Below, in pieces: positions 46,981-57,401 of a stretch of 64,000 nt of DNA. The stretch spans positions 3,473-67,472 of the forward strand of contig CAYXCH010000011.1 of NCBI GenBank assembly GCA_964463705.1, read 5' to 3'. The notes under the pieces are model-generated. The model was not told where the DNA came from and ran no database searches. It saw only the letters and a list, made by a program, of their open reading frames with translations. The translations under genes and the position numbers were made by a program. Origin of the DNA: an uncultured Pseudobdellovibrionaceae bacterium (GTDB lineage Bacteria; Patescibacteriota; Minisyncoccia; Moranbacterales; GCA-2747515). How positions within the stretch are numbered: position 1 is the first letter of the stretch; every line of letters begins with the position of its first letter.

Positions 46981-48972
46981 ATGGGGATTGTGGCGATGCA
47001 AAAAGTTCGGTTGATTGTGCACAGTGAGGATGCGTCACCGGCATTTGAAGCGCTGCAAAAACTTGGGGCAATATCGTTACGGGAAGTTCCGCGCGACATG
47101 GCGGAGTCATTGACACGAGCACCGGCGGAGGAGTTCCCGTTTCACTATGAGAGTGCTCGCGTGGAAGCGGCATTGGCATTTCTTCATCCGTATGCCGATG
47201 AGGGAGGCACATTGGCGGCAATGGTGGAGGGAACAAAAGAGCGTATTACGGAAGATGATGTCAAACAGGCGATGAAGTCACTGGAATCATTGGAGGGAGT
47301 AGAGGAGGCATTGTCTGTTCAGAAATCCCTTAATGATTCGCAGAAAGCGTTGCGGTCGCTGCGAAAGGAGTATGCACAACTGGAGCCGTGGAAGGTGGTA
47401 CCGATCGCACAGCGTGCCGCCGCATCAACGGCATCTACTCGAACGGTATGGGTGTTGCGAGAGCGTGTGCCACGAGATGATTCATCACATCGGGCATTGG
47501 CGCAGGCGTTGCGATCTGCAGATATGGCGGCGCATATTGTGCGTGTGGATGCGCAACGAGCGGTGGTTACGGTATATGCGCCGGAAGATGCTGCAATGGA
47601 ACACTTGCGCTCGGTATTGAAATCTTTATCCTATGAAGACGTATCGTTGCCATCTCCCGAGGAAACACCGCTTCGTGCGTGTAAACGGATAACTCGCGCC
47701 ATTCGTGAGACGGAGGCGGAGATGAAGCGATTGCAGGCGCGGGCGCGAACACTGGCAGCACAGGTGCCGTCATTGAAAATTCTCAGTGATGTATTGTTAT
47801 GGAAGCGTCAACAACATGACGTGGAACGTGCGGCATATCGGACACAACAAACGATGGTATACGATGGATGGATTCCTCGCGCGGCACTGGATCATGTGCG
47901 GACGGCAGTGGAAGCGGTAGCTCCGGCGGCGGCGGTGATTCCCATTGATCCCGAGCCGGGAGAGGAGCCACCGGTGGAGATTGCAAATGGTCCCGCGGTA
48001 CGACCGTTTGAGGTAATTACAAGACTGTACGGCTTGCCGGGTGCGAGAGATGTGGATCCGACACCATATTTGGCGGGATTTTTCTTTGTGTTTTTCGGGT
48101 TTTGTTTGACGGATGTCGGATACGGGGCGATTTTGGCGATATTGACGGGATACATATTATATCGGTACCGTGTATCGGAGTCCCTGAAACCGATGTTGCA
48201 ACTGTTGTTTCTCGGTGGAATCGCGTCACTGTTGGCGGGGCTGTTCTTTGGCGGATATTTTGGTGTGTCTATGGAACAGATGCCCGAGCCGTTGCGTGCG
48301 ATTCAGGTATTTGATCCGATTGCCAATCCAATTCCGGTGTTTTTATTTGCGCTGGCCTTGGGTGTCATTCAAGTGATGGCGGGACTGTGTGTGGCAATTA
48401 TCCGCGGTGTTCGTACCGGTGATCCATGGGGAGCGGTGGCGGATAACGGTCCATGGTTGGCGTTGTTTATATCATTGATTGTTTTCGGAGCGACACGTGC
48501 CGGTATACTCTCTGTTCCCCATGTGGAAATGGCGATCTATGCATCGGTGGTGGCGATTATATTGACACAGGGACGACGGGAGTCTTCACTGTTTATGAAG
48601 TTCTTCAAGGGAGTGACGAGTTTGTATGACAGCGTGTCATATTTTGCGGATATCCTGTCATACTCACGTTTATTGGCACTGGGGTTGGCAACGAGTGCGT
48701 TGGCATTTGCCATCAATCTTATCGCGGGTATGGTGGCGGGACCGGAAGGAGAGCGGACCATCGTTGGAATGATATTTGCCGGTGTGGTGCTGGTTGTCGG
48801 ACATCTTTTCAATCTTGCCATCAATGCGTTCGGTGCGTTTATTCATAGCGCTCGATTGCAGTTTGTGGAGTTTTTCGGCAAATTTCTTGTCGGAACGGGT
48901 ACGCCGTTTGTGCCGTTTGAGCGCACGGCACGCCATACGGTATTGACGGAGGATCGTGTACGGTTGGACTGA
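46981..48972 (+). CDS. atpI: A/V-type ATPase subunit I (a-subunit homologue)
   Basis: The 663-aa product has a soluble N-terminal half and a C-terminal half with about 7-8 TM helices. Its position in the operon supports the call. Confidence 0.8.
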   Translation: MGIVAMQKVRLIVHSEDASPAFEALQKLGAISLREVPRDMAESLTRAPAEEFPFHYESARVEAALAFLHPYADEGGTLAAMVEGTKERITEDDVKQAMKSLESLEGVEEALSVQKSLNDSQKALRSLRKEYAQLEPWKVVPIAQRAAASTASTRTVWVLRERVPRDDSSHRALAQALRSADMAAHIVRVDAQRAVVTVYAPEDAAMEHLRSVLKSLSYEDVSLPSPEETPLRACKRITRAIRETEAEMKRLQARARTLAAQVPSLKILSDVLLWKRQQHDVERAAYRTQQTMVYDGWIPRAALDHVRTAVEAVAPAAAVIPIDPEPGEEPPVEIANGPAVRPFEVITRLYGLPGARDVDPTPYLAGFFFVFFGFCLTDVGYGAILAILTGYILYRYRVSESLKPMLQLLFLGGIASLLAGLFFGGYFGVSMEQMPEPLRAIQVFDPIANPIPVFLFALALGVIQVMAGLCVAIIRGVRTGDPWGAVADNGPWLALFISLIVFGATRAGILSVPHVEMAIYASVVAIILTQGRRESSLFMKFFKGVTSLYDSVSYFADILSYSRLLALGLATSALAFAINLIAGMVAGPEGERTIVGMIFAGVVLVVGHLFNLAINAFGAFIHSARLQFVEFFGKFLVGTGTPFVPFERTARHTVLTEDRVRLD

Positions 48973-49033
48973 TCACGTGAGCGCATCGCGGGATCTGAGA
49001 AGTGTACACGTTATTCGTTAATCAATCACACAT

Positions 49034-49513
49034 ATGGACATTACGTTCGCGGTAAGTCTGGTGTTCGTCGGCGCGGCGATCGCCTCGGTACTGGGCTTTA
49101 TCGGAAGTACGCTCGGAATGGGCTATGCCGGATTGGCCGGCAGTGGTGTAACGGCAGAGAAGCCGGAGCTGTTCGGTCGCATGCTGTTAATGCAAGCGTT
49201 ACCGGGATCACAGGGAATTTACGGCCTGGTGGGAGCGTTCTTAATCTTGAATTTCTCCGGTGTTCTTGCCGGTGGAATTGAGGCGATGACAGTCGGAACG
49301 GCATTGCAATATCTGTTTGCCGGTATTCCGATCGGACTGGCCGGATTGCTTTCCGGAATTTATCAGGGGAAAGTGGCGGCGGCCGGCATTACGATGATTG
49401 CGAAAGATGAAAGCAATACCGCCAAGGCGATGATTCTCGCGGCGATGATTGAGACATGGGCAATCTTCGGTCTGTTGATCAGCTTTATTCTATTGACCTC
49501 AATCGGAAAGTAA
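49034..49513 (+). CDS. atpK: A/V-type ATPase proteolipid subunit K (c-subunit)
   Basis: The 159-aa product is a very hydrophobic Gly/Ala-rich hairpin duplication (…GLAGSGVTAEKPELFGRMLLMQALPGSQGIYGLVGAFLIL…). Confidence 0.8.
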   Translation: MDITFAVSLVFVGAAIASVLGFIGSTLGMGYAGLAGSGVTAEKPELFGRMLLMQALPGSQGIYGLVGAFLILNFSGVLAGGIEAMTVGTALQYLFAGIPIGLAGLLSGIYQGKVAAAGITMIAKDESNTAKAMILAAMIETWAIFGLLISFILLTSIGK

Positions 49514-49514
49514 T

Positions 49515-50075
49515 ATGGCGTTGAACGATATTACACAAAAGATTGCGGAGGCGGCACAGGAGCGAGCGAAGGAGATTGTGTCGGAGGCACGGGCGCAAGA
49601 ACGTGAAATTGTTGACGCTGCGACGCAGACATGTGCGGATACCGCTGCGGCCCGCGAGGCGGAACAGAAGGAGGAGTTTGCACGGTTTGAACGCATGGAA
49701 ATGTCACAAGCGCGGAGACAAGCGCGGACGTTGCGGGCGGCGGCGCGTCGGGCGGTGTTGGATCGGGCATTTAATGATGTTTTACAAATGTTGCGTGATG
49801 ACGCATCGGCAATGCGGTCGTTTCTTGCGGAACGAATTGCATCGGTGCCGGCATCAGATATTCGTGCTATTCGTGTGGCACCGGCACATCGGGAGATTGC
49901 GGCCGAACTATGTGCAAGTCACGGAATTACCATTCCATGCACCGAGGATGAAGCCGTACCAGATGGCATGATTGTAGAGACGGAAACAGTCACGTATGAC
50001 CTGACACTGACACGAGCGGCGGAGGATGCGCGACCGCGTATGGATGCGGCGGGAATAACGGCGATGACGGTATGA
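49515..50075 (+). CDS. atpE: A/V-type ATPase subunit E
   Basis: The 186-aa product has an N-terminal charged coiled-coil (KIAEAAQERAKEIVSEARAQEREIV). Its position supports the call. Confidence 0.7.
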   Translation: MALNDITQKIAEAAQERAKEIVSEARAQEREIVDAATQTCADTAAAREAEQKEEFARFERMEMSQARRQARTLRAAARRAVLDRAFNDVLQMLRDDASAMRSFLAERIASVPASDIRAIRVAPAHREIAAELCASHGITIPCTEDEAVPDGMIVETETVTYDLTLTRAAEDARPRMDAAGITAMTV

Positions 50076-51067
50076 CGGGTGATGCGTACATCTACGCCAA
50101 TGCGCGAATTGCGGCGTTACGATCTCAACTGTTAAGTACGGCACAGCTGGAGTTGCTCCTGAGTGCCAAAACGGCAGATGAGGCCTTTGATGCGCTCAAC
50201 GGAACATTTTTGGCGCCGTATATCGCTCGCGGGGATCGTTCGCAGCTGGCACGCATGGTTCGTAAAAGTTTGAGTGCCGCAAAGCGACTGATTGTGCAGA
50301 TTGTTCCGGACGATCGCCCGTTTCACGTGTTGTGGATGCGTTATGATTTCTTCAATCTTAAAACGATTGTCAAGGGACGTCGGGCGCAGTTGAAAGATGA
50401 GGAAATTCTGGAGCGATGTTTTCATGCGGCACAAATTGCACCGGATCGTCTTCTTGCGGCAGTGGATGCCGATGATGTGGCGCGGCTGGATACGCGGTTA
50501 GGTGCGGCATATGATGCGATGCGCTCCGCCACCCATGTCTATGACATTGATCGTGCATCCAATCTTGGGTACTTGCAAGCGGTGGCGGAACGGGCGCAAC
50601 ACTGTCGCGAGCCGTTCGTGCGAGATTATGCTCGTCGGGTGATTGATTATTACAATCTCGGAACACAATTACGTATTGCATCTTTGGCATTGGATGTGGA
50701 TCCGGCAGCGGTATTTGCACCGGGAGGGACAATTGCATTGTCGGAACTATCTTCGCAAGAGGCGATACTGGCACGGTATGCGACAATGGATGGCGGACCG
50801 AGTATTTGGCGAGATGCAATCGCAACATTTACCGAAACGAAAAATTTTGCCGTGATGGAGAAGGCGGCGGACGATGCGTTATTGCATTTTATCACCGCGT
50901 ATCCGTCCACCATTGAATCAGTGGTTGGTGTATTTGCTTATTTTATCGCCTTGCGTAACAATATTCAGATTGTTCGTACGATTATTGCCGGAAAAGAGAG
51001 TGGAATGGGAGAGGCGGAATTACGACAAATCGTACGACGAGTATATACGGTATTGGGAGACGTATGA
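50072..51067 (+). CDS. atpC: A/V-type ATPase subunit C (eukaryotic d homologue)
   Basis: The product is 331 aa. It shows ATGA overlaps with its neighbours, and its position in the operon supports the call. Confidence 0.7.
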   Translation: MTGDAYIYANARIAALRSQLLSTAQLELLLSAKTADEAFDALNGTFLAPYIARGDRSQLARMVRKSLSAAKRLIVQIVPDDRPFHVLWMRYDFFNLKTIVKGRRAQLKDEEILERCFHAAQIAPDRLLAAVDADDVARLDTRLGAAYDAMRSATHVYDIDRASNLGYLQAVAERAQHCREPFVRDYARRVIDYYNLGTQLRIASLALDVDPAAVFAPGGTIALSELSSQEAILARYATMDGGPSIWRDAIATFTETKNFAVMEKAADDALLHFITAYPSTIESVVGVFAYFIALRNNIQIVRTIIAGKESGMGEAELRQIVRRVYTVLGDV

Positions 51068-51408
51068 GTACAAAAGATACCTACAGAATTGCCATTGTCG
51101 GACCGCAACGCGTTATTACCGTGTTTGCGGCATTGGGAGTGGAGATTCATTCTGCGGATGATGCAGAATCCGCTGCACGGGTGATTCGTACATTGATTGA
51201 CCATACCGCCGACGGTACGGCACGGTACGCGGTGGTGGCGGTAATGGAGGATTTGTTGGAGGCGCTTCCGGAAAAGGATTATGTGCAACTCACACGACAG
51301 ACGTTGCCGGCGATTGTGGCGGTGCCCAGCGCTCGTGGCAGTACGGGGTTTGCGCGGCAGCGCTTGCGTGCGTGCACGATTCGCGCCATTGGCAGTGATT
51401 TGATGTAA
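51064..51408 (+). CDS. atpF: A/V-type ATPase subunit F
   Basis: The 114-aa product starts …IAIVGPQRVITVFAALGVEIH…, typical of subunit F. Confidence 0.7.
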   Translation: MSTKDTYRIAIVGPQRVITVFAALGVEIHSADDAESAARVIRTLIDHTADGTARYAVVAVMEDLLEALPEKDYVQLTRQTLPAIVAVPSARGSTGFARQRLRACTIRAIGSDLM

Positions 51409-51413
51409 GTTAG

Positions 51414-53204
51414 ATGACGTTTACGAGTATGACAACACAACACAGCACCATTACACGCGTAACCGGTCCGCTGGTGGAAGCCGACGGAATGCGGGACGCA
51501 AAGATGTACGAGGTCGTTTTTGTCGGCACGGAGCGCCTTATGGGTGAGGTGATTCAGCTGCATGGAGACCGAGCATCCATTCAGGTATATGAAGAGACCG
51601 CCGGAATCGGACCCGGACAGACAGTGGAACGTACCGGACGAACAATGAGCGCCGCGCTGGCGCCGGGATTGCTGACGTCTATTTATGATGGAGTGCAACG
51701 TCCGTTGAGTGCCATTCAGGAACAGTCCGGAAGCCACTATATCGCTCGCGGCATTATGGCGGATGCGTTGGATCGGAAGCGTCGCTGGGAGTTTACACCG
51801 ACGGTAACGAAGGGAGAAACGGTTCGGGCCGGTGATGTGTTGGGAATGGTACAGGAGACAACGTTGATTGAGCATAAAGTAATGGTACCGCCGCATATTA
51901 CGCAGGCAACGGTGGAGATGATTGCCTCCGCCGGAGAGTATACGATTGAAGATACGATTGCACAGTTGCGCAGTGATGAAGGCAATGAGGAAGAGGTGGC
52001 GATGTTGCAGTACTGGCCGATTCGCGTCCCGCGACCTGTTCATGGAAAAATCTTTCCGAAGGAGCCGTTGGTGACGGGAGGGCGCAGCATTGATACGTTT
52101 TTCCCGATTGCCAAAGGAGGTGCCGGGTGTATCCCGGGTCCGTTCGGTGCGGGAAAGACGGTGACGCAACAGAGTTTGGCAAAGTACTGTGATGCGCAGG
52201 TGATTGTATATGTTGGATGCGGAGAGCGAGGAAACGAGATGACGGAAGTGTTGGATGAGTTTCCGCATTTGAAAGATCCCAACACCGGAGAGCCGTTGAT
52301 GAAGCGCACAGTGTTGATCGCGAATACGTCAAATATGCCGGTGGCGGCGCGAGAGGCATCTATTTACACGGGAATTACCATTGCAGAGTACTATCGTGAC
52401 ATGGGATACAGTGTTGCATTGATGGCGGACTCCACCAGTCGTTGGGCGGAAGCGATGCGAGAGATCTCCGGTCGGCTGGAGGAAATGCCCGGAGAAGAAG
52501 GGTATCCGGCATACTTGTCATCACGAACGGCGGAGTTTTATGAGCGTGCGGGAATGGTGACGTGTTTGGGAAGCGAACAACGAACCGGAGCGCTAACGGT
52601 TATCGGTGCGGTATCGCCACCGGGCGGTGACCTTTCGGAGCCGGTGACACAATCCACACTGCGAGTGACGAAGTGTTTTTGGGGACTGGATTCCGCGCTG
52701 GCATATAAGAAGCACTTTCCATCCATTAACTGGTTAACATCGTATTCCTTGTATGCGGAGAACTTTACGCAGTACTGGCGAGAGCATCTTGGAGAGGATT
52801 TTGTTCAACTGCGTGCCGACGCCCTGGAAGTGTTGCAGCGGGAAGCGAAGCTGATGGAAATTGTTCGGCTTGTCGGTATGGAGGCATTGTCAAATGAAGA
52901 AAAATTGACATTGGAAGTGGCGCGAGCGTTGCGTGAGGATTTTCTGTTTCAGAATGCGTTTGATCCGGATGATGCGTATACGCCACCGCAGAAGCAGTAT
53001 GAGATTCTGAAGTCTATTATGACACTGCTGTATGCCGGGCGAGAAGTCGTTACCGGGGAAGACTTTGATTTTTCAGCGGTGCGAGCGCTGGACAGCGTTA
53101 AGAAGATTCCGCAGTTGAAGGATTTTTCCGGTGATGATCTTGCGCGGCAATACGAAGAGTTCCGTACGCAGCTGCGAGCGGAGTTGGCGCAATTGAAACA
53201 GTAA
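51414..53204 (+). CDS. atpA: A/V-type ATPase catalytic subunit A
   Basis: The product has the Walker A motif GPFGAGKT. It also has the 'non-homologous region' characteristic of A subunits and is 596 aa long. Confidence 0.95.
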   Translation: MTFTSMTTQHSTITRVTGPLVEADGMRDAKMYEVVFVGTERLMGEVIQLHGDRASIQVYEETAGIGPGQTVERTGRTMSAALAPGLLTSIYDGVQRPLSAIQEQSGSHYIARGIMADALDRKRRWEFTPTVTKGETVRAGDVLGMVQETTLIEHKVMVPPHITQATVEMIASAGEYTIEDTIAQLRSDEGNEEEVAMLQYWPIRVPRPVHGKIFPKEPLVTGGRSIDTFFPIAKGGAGCIPGPFGAGKTVTQQSLAKYCDAQVIVYVGCGERGNEMTEVLDEFPHLKDPNTGEPLMKRTVLIANTSNMPVAAREASIYTGITIAEYYRDMGYSVALMADSTSRWAEAMREISGRLEEMPGEEGYPAYLSSRTAEFYERAGMVTCLGSEQRTGALTVIGAVSPPGGDLSEPVTQSTLRVTKCFWGLDSALAYKKHFPSINWLTSYSLYAENFTQYWREHLGEDFVQLRADALEVLQREAKLMEIVRLVGMEALSNEEKLTLEVARALREDFLFQNAFDPDDAYTPPQKQYEILKSIMTLLYAGREVVTGEDFDFSAVRALDSVKKIPQLKDFSGDDLARQYEEFRTQLRAELAQLKQ

Positions 53205-53225
53205 TCGGCACTAACAATCAAACCT

Positions 53226-54617
53226 ATGACAACTGTGTGCAAAGAGTACAAAACCGTTCGTGCCGTAGAAGGGCCGCTGCTGATTGTGGATGGCGTGGAC
53301 GGCGCAACATATGAGGAAATCGTGGAGGTACGCGTTCCCGGAGAATCGCAAGTACGTCGCGGAAAAGTATTGGATATTAACGGTGATCGGGCAGTGGTGC
53401 AGATGTTTGCTCCGACTGCCGGTGTACAAACGGCGGAGACAACCGTACGATTTTTGGGGACGACGGCTCGGTTTGGAATGTCTCCGGAATTGTTAGGGCG
53501 TATCTTTAACGGGAACGGTGATCCTATTGACGGCGGTGAGCCGATTGTTGCGGAGACGGAAGTGGATATTGCGGGAGCGGCGATTAATCCGTATGCTCGT
53601 GAGTTTCCCAATGATTTTATTCAGACGGGAATTTCATCCATTGATGTCATGAATACATTGGTCCGTGGACAGAAGTTGCCGATTTTCTCCGGTGCCGGAT
53701 TACCGCACGCACGATTGGCGGCGCAAATTGCTCGGCAGGCGAAAGTGACTGATGGTGCGGAGTTTGCCATCGTGTTTGCCACACTGGGTGTGACGTTTGA
53801 GGAAGCGGAGTTTTTCCGTCGCACATTGGAGGAGACCGGTGCGTTGGAGCGCAGCGTGTTGTTTATCAACACCGCCGCCGATCCGGTGGTGGAGCGAATT
53901 GCCACTCCGCGGTTGGCGCTATCTACGGCGGAGTACCTGGCGTTTGAGCGTGATATGCACGTGTTGGTAATCCTTACGGACATGACCAACTACTGTGAAG
54001 CGTTGCGTGAGGTATCCAGTGCGCGAAAGGAAGTACCGGGACGTCGCGGATATCCGGGCTATCTGTATACGGATCTTTCCACGATGTATGAACGCGCCGG
54101 ACGCGTGAAAGGAAAGAAGGGAACAATCACACAGATTCCGATTTTGACAATGCCGGATGACGATAAGACACACCCGGTTCCGGATTTGACGGGATACATT
54201 ACCGAGGGACAGTTTGTGATTTCTCGGGAACTATACACACAGGGAATTCTGCCTCCGGTGGATGTTCAGGGAAGCCTTTCTCGTCTGTGGAGTGCCGGTG
54301 TCGGTGAAGGAAAGACGCGTGAAGATCATGCTAGCTTGAAAGATCAGTTGTTTGCTTCTTATGCCACGGGGCGTGAAGCGCGAGAGTTGGCGGTGGTACT
54401 GGGAGAGTCTTCGCTCAGTGATGAGGATAAGGCGCATGTCGCTTTTGCCGATGCGTTTGAGAAGGAGTTTATCGCACAAGGAGAGATGGAGGAGCGAGAA
54501 GTCACGGCATCACTGGATTTGGGATGGAAGTTGCTAACATTGTTGCCGCGGGAGAGTCTCAAGCGTGTTAAGGAAGAGATGATTGAGAAATATCTTCCAT
54601 CAAAAGATGCAAAGTAA
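53226..54617 (+). CDS. atpB: A/V-type ATPase subunit B
   Basis: The 463-aa product is B-subunit-like throughout (…[18 protein letters not shown]…). Confidence 0.95.
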   Translation: MTTVCKEYKTVRAVEGPLLIVDGVDGATYEEIVEVRVPGESQVRRGKVLDINGDRAVVQMFAPTAGVQTAETTVRFLGTTARFGMSPELLGRIFNGNGDPIDGGEPIVAETEVDIAGAAINPYAREFPNDFIQTGISSIDVMNTLVRGQKLPIFSGAGLPHARLAAQIARQAKVTDGAEFAIVFATLGVTFEEAEFFRRTLEETGALERSVLFINTAADPVVERIATPRLALSTAEYLAFERDMHVLVILTDMTNYCEALREVSSARKEVPGRRGYPGYLYTDLSTMYERAGRVKGKKGTITQIPILTMPDDDKTHPVPDLTGYITEGQFVISRELYTQGILPPVDVQGSLSRLWSAGVGEGKTREDHASLKDQLFASYATGREARELAVVLGESSLSDEDKAHVAFADAFEKEFIAQGEMEEREVTASLDLGWKLLTLLPRESLKRVKEEMIEKYLPSKDAK

Positions 54618-54631
54618 TTGTCTTCACGACT

Positions 54632-55264
54632 ATGATCTTAAAAGTCAATCCCACACGCATTAACCTCCTTAATCTCAAAAAGGAGTTGAAAATTGCAAAG
54701 CGTGGGCACAAGTTGCTTAAAGACAAGCGGGACGGACTCATGAAGCAATTCATGGCGATGATTCGTCAGACACGGCAATTGCGTGATGATGTGGAGGCGC
54801 GGATTGGAACGGCATTTGCATCTTATGCGCGGGCGGAAGCGATGATGCCGCCCGCCGTAGTGGAGAATGCCTTTGTTCTTCCCAATGCAAATATTTCCTT
54901 GGAGGTCAGCACACGAAGTGTTATGAGTGTGGAGATTCCGCAGTTTACTGTACGGAAAGAGGGAACGGCGCTTTCTTACGGGTTCTTGGAAACAACGGGA
55001 GATTTGGATGCGGCAATCGCGGCATTTGATGATGTATTTGAGGACCTGATACGGCTGGCGCAAATGGAGCGAGCGGTAGAGAAGATGGCGCAAGAAATTG
55101 AGCGCACTCGACGTCGGGTAAGTGCGTTGGAGCATATCCGCATTCCCAATCTTAATGATACAATTCGCTTTATTTCCATGCAGCTGGAAGAGCGAAATCG
55201 GGATGCGGTAGTGGCGACAATGCGTGTGAAGGCGATGATTGAAGCAAAGTCTGTTGGTGCGTAA
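54632..55264 (+). CDS. atpD: A/V-type ATPase subunit D
   Basis: MILKVNPTRINLLNLKKELKIAKRGHKLLKDKRDGL is the typical subunit D N-terminus. Confidence 0.9.
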   Translation: MILKVNPTRINLLNLKKELKIAKRGHKLLKDKRDGLMKQFMAMIRQTRQLRDDVEARIGTAFASYARAEAMMPPAVVENAFVLPNANISLEVSTRSVMSVEIPQFTVRKEGTALSYGFLETTGDLDAAIAAFDDVFEDLIRLAQMERAVEKMAQEIERTRRRVSALEHIRIPNLNDTIRFISMQLEERNRDAVVATMRVKAMIEAKSVGA

Positions 55265-55304
55265 TCTTTTCGTATGGTATACTATACTCATACGGAATAC
55301 ACAT

Positions 55305-56354
55305 ATGACACAAACAACATCTTCTCATGATAAGGACGTACGCCAGCGAGTACGATCGCGTCGTATCGCGCTGGTGATTTTAACAGCGCTGGTGATTTTG
55401 GGTGCCGTAGTTATTGCTCGTCGTGTTGTTCCAATGGTAACAAAAACGGCGACGACTTCCGGACCTCCGCACGCTGCGGTGATACAAGGTATGCCGGAGG
55501 GGGTAATGGATGGACCACCGGCACAAGCACGTGCCATGGTAAAATCTGTTGATGCGCCGGTTCGTGTGAGCGGTGCGGACGGTGTGCAGGATGATGCGGT
55601 AACGGTTTCCGATACCGATGCGGAAATGGAACGAAAAATCATTCGCCGGGCGGATATTGAAGTGGTTGTGGAAGATTTGGATACGTTCCGAGAAGAATTA
55701 ACACATATCGCACAGCGTTACAACGGATACATTGCGACACTCTGGTTGGCGGCGGTAGATTCTCGACGGCCACACTTGACAGTGGATGTTGTTGTGGAGA
55801 GTGAGCGATTTAATGATGCTCTTCGCGATGTTCGGTCCTCTGCCGTGACGGTAAAGTCCGAAAGAGTCAGTGCCAATGATGCAACAAGGCGGTATGTGGA
55901 TATGAACGCGACGTTGCGAAATCTTCACGCGGAAGAGGAAGCATTTGCCACGCTGTTGGAACGAGCCAGCGCGGCGGGAGAGTGGACAGATGTCATATCA
56001 ATAATGCGAGAACTTTCTCGCGTTCGAGGAGAGATTGAACGTACCACCGCACAGTTTAAAGCGTTAAACAATCGTATAGAAACAGCAGAAATTTCCATTG
56101 TTGCAATGCAACAACTTCGTGCTGTTCCGACAGAAAACTCATGGCGTCCCGGTGATGTGATACGGTCATCTTTCCATGATTTGATTGTTCGCGCCCAGGG
56201 AATGGCAAACGCGGCGTTGCGATTTTTGACACTGTTTGTTCCGTTGTTCTTGCTCTGGATTATTGTGATTGCAGTGGTGTGGCGAGTGACACGTCCGATG
56301 CGCACATGGTTGTTCCGTGTGGTGCGCAAGGTGGCGGAACGCACTCATCGGTAA
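55305..56354 (+). CDS. Membrane-anchored hypothetical protein with an N-terminal TM segment, a coiled-coil middle and a C-terminal TM segment (DUF4349-like architecture)
   Basis: The start MTQTT (55305) is preceded by TATACT at about 55278. The TM segments are at about residues 20-40 and the C-terminal 40 aa. The middle is helical. Confidence 0.4.
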   Translation: MTQTTSSHDKDVRQRVRSRRIALVILTALVILGAVVIARRVVPMVTKTATTSGPPHAAVIQGMPEGVMDGPPAQARAMVKSVDAPVRVSGADGVQDDAVTVSDTDAEMERKIIRRADIEVVVEDLDTFREELTHIAQRYNGYIATLWLAAVDSRRPHLTVDVVVESERFNDALRDVRSSAVTVKSERVSANDATRRYVDMNATLRNLHAEEEAFATLLERASAAGEWTDVISIMRELSRVRGEIERTTAQFKALNNRIETAEISIVAMQQLRAVPTENSWRPGDVIRSSFHDLIVRAQGMANAALRFLTLFVPLFLLWIIVIAVVWRVTRPMRTWLFRVVRKVAERTHR

Positions 56355-56388
56355 ATACAATTCAAAGGAGGGGTAAACGAATAGACAT

Positions 56389-57324
56389 ATGGTACGATAC
56401 CCTCGCGTTGTTGTATATATAGCCATTATTATCAGTACACTGCTTCCCGCGATGTCACGGGCGGCACTATTGGCGGACGGAACAGCACAGTGGTCAAACA
56501 GTAGTGGGATGACAGTGACATTTACGCCACTGACCGATATTCCCGCCGGTGGTACGATTACATTGACGCTGCCGGAAACAGCGACCGTAACAGATGGATT
56601 TTTGTTTTACATGCCGCCCGATACCCCGGTAACGGTAACGGGGCAATCAGCAGTGAGTTTTGTGCGCAATGCCACGGACAACAGTGTTGCAATCTCATTG
56701 AGAGATCCGGCACCTGCCGGGACATCAATAACCGTGACCATGGATGTGCGGGTTGTCAGTGCATACACGGCATCTACGTATGCACAGGAGGCGATTGCAA
56801 TTAATATAACGGATACGAATGCCGCACCGCTGGATTACGGAGTGGCATTGCTCACCAATGACAACTCCACGCAAATTACCGCTACCGTTCCGTTATTGAT
56901 ATCAATGCGGGTGGATGATACCACAATGGACTTGGGGACACTTTCCGTATCGTCGGTAAAACATGCGCAACAAACATATACGATTAATGCAAACAATCGC
57001 ACCGGTGTGCATGTGTCAATTGTCGCCGATGGTCCGCTCCGCGATAATTCCGGAAATACGATTGATGCGGTGACAGACGGGACGGTAAGTGCGGGAAGTG
57101 AAGAGTATGGATTTACACTTGCCGCTGTGGATACCGCTATTACACCGCTATTTGATACGACGCAAGATCATGCGTTGCCGTATAGTGTAACTCGATTGGC
57201 GGAAACATCACAGCCGGTGGGCAATGCAACATTTGACCTTCTCTATAAAGCGGCAATCAGCGGTGATACCGTAGCGGGTAACTATACACAGACGGTAACG
57301 GTTACAATTGCCAGCAATAGTTGA
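56389..57324 (+). CDS. Secreted Thr/Ser/Ala-rich beta-rich protein with a signal peptide
   Basis: The N-terminal VVVYIAIIISTLLPAMSRAALLA is a signal peptide. The rest is T/S/V-rich and predicted beta-strand-rich. I recognise no family. Confidence 0.4.
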   Translation: MVRYPRVVVYIAIIISTLLPAMSRAALLADGTAQWSNSSGMTVTFTPLTDIPAGGTITLTLPETATVTDGFLFYMPPDTPVTVTGQSAVSFVRNATDNSVAISLRDPAPAGTSITVTMDVRVVSAYTASTYAQEAIAINITDTNAAPLDYGVALLTNDNSTQITATVPLLISMRVDDTTMDLGTLSVSSVKHAQQTYTINANNRTGVHVSIVADGPLRDNSGNTIDAVTDGTVSAGSEEYGFTLAAVDTAITPLFDTTQDHALPYSVTRLAETSQPVGNATFDLLYKAAISGDTVAGNYTQTVTVTIASNS

Positions 57325-57401
57325 GATTTGGAACGCTCGGTTGTATTGTTGAGTATTTGATAGTACCATGGTAGTAATGTACGGACTACGTTTCATATAC
57401 A

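Noticed and set aside
51279-52359. Minus-strand ORFs of 329 aa and 153 aa inside atpA
   Set aside because: They are antisense shadow ORFs within the catalytic A-subunit gene.
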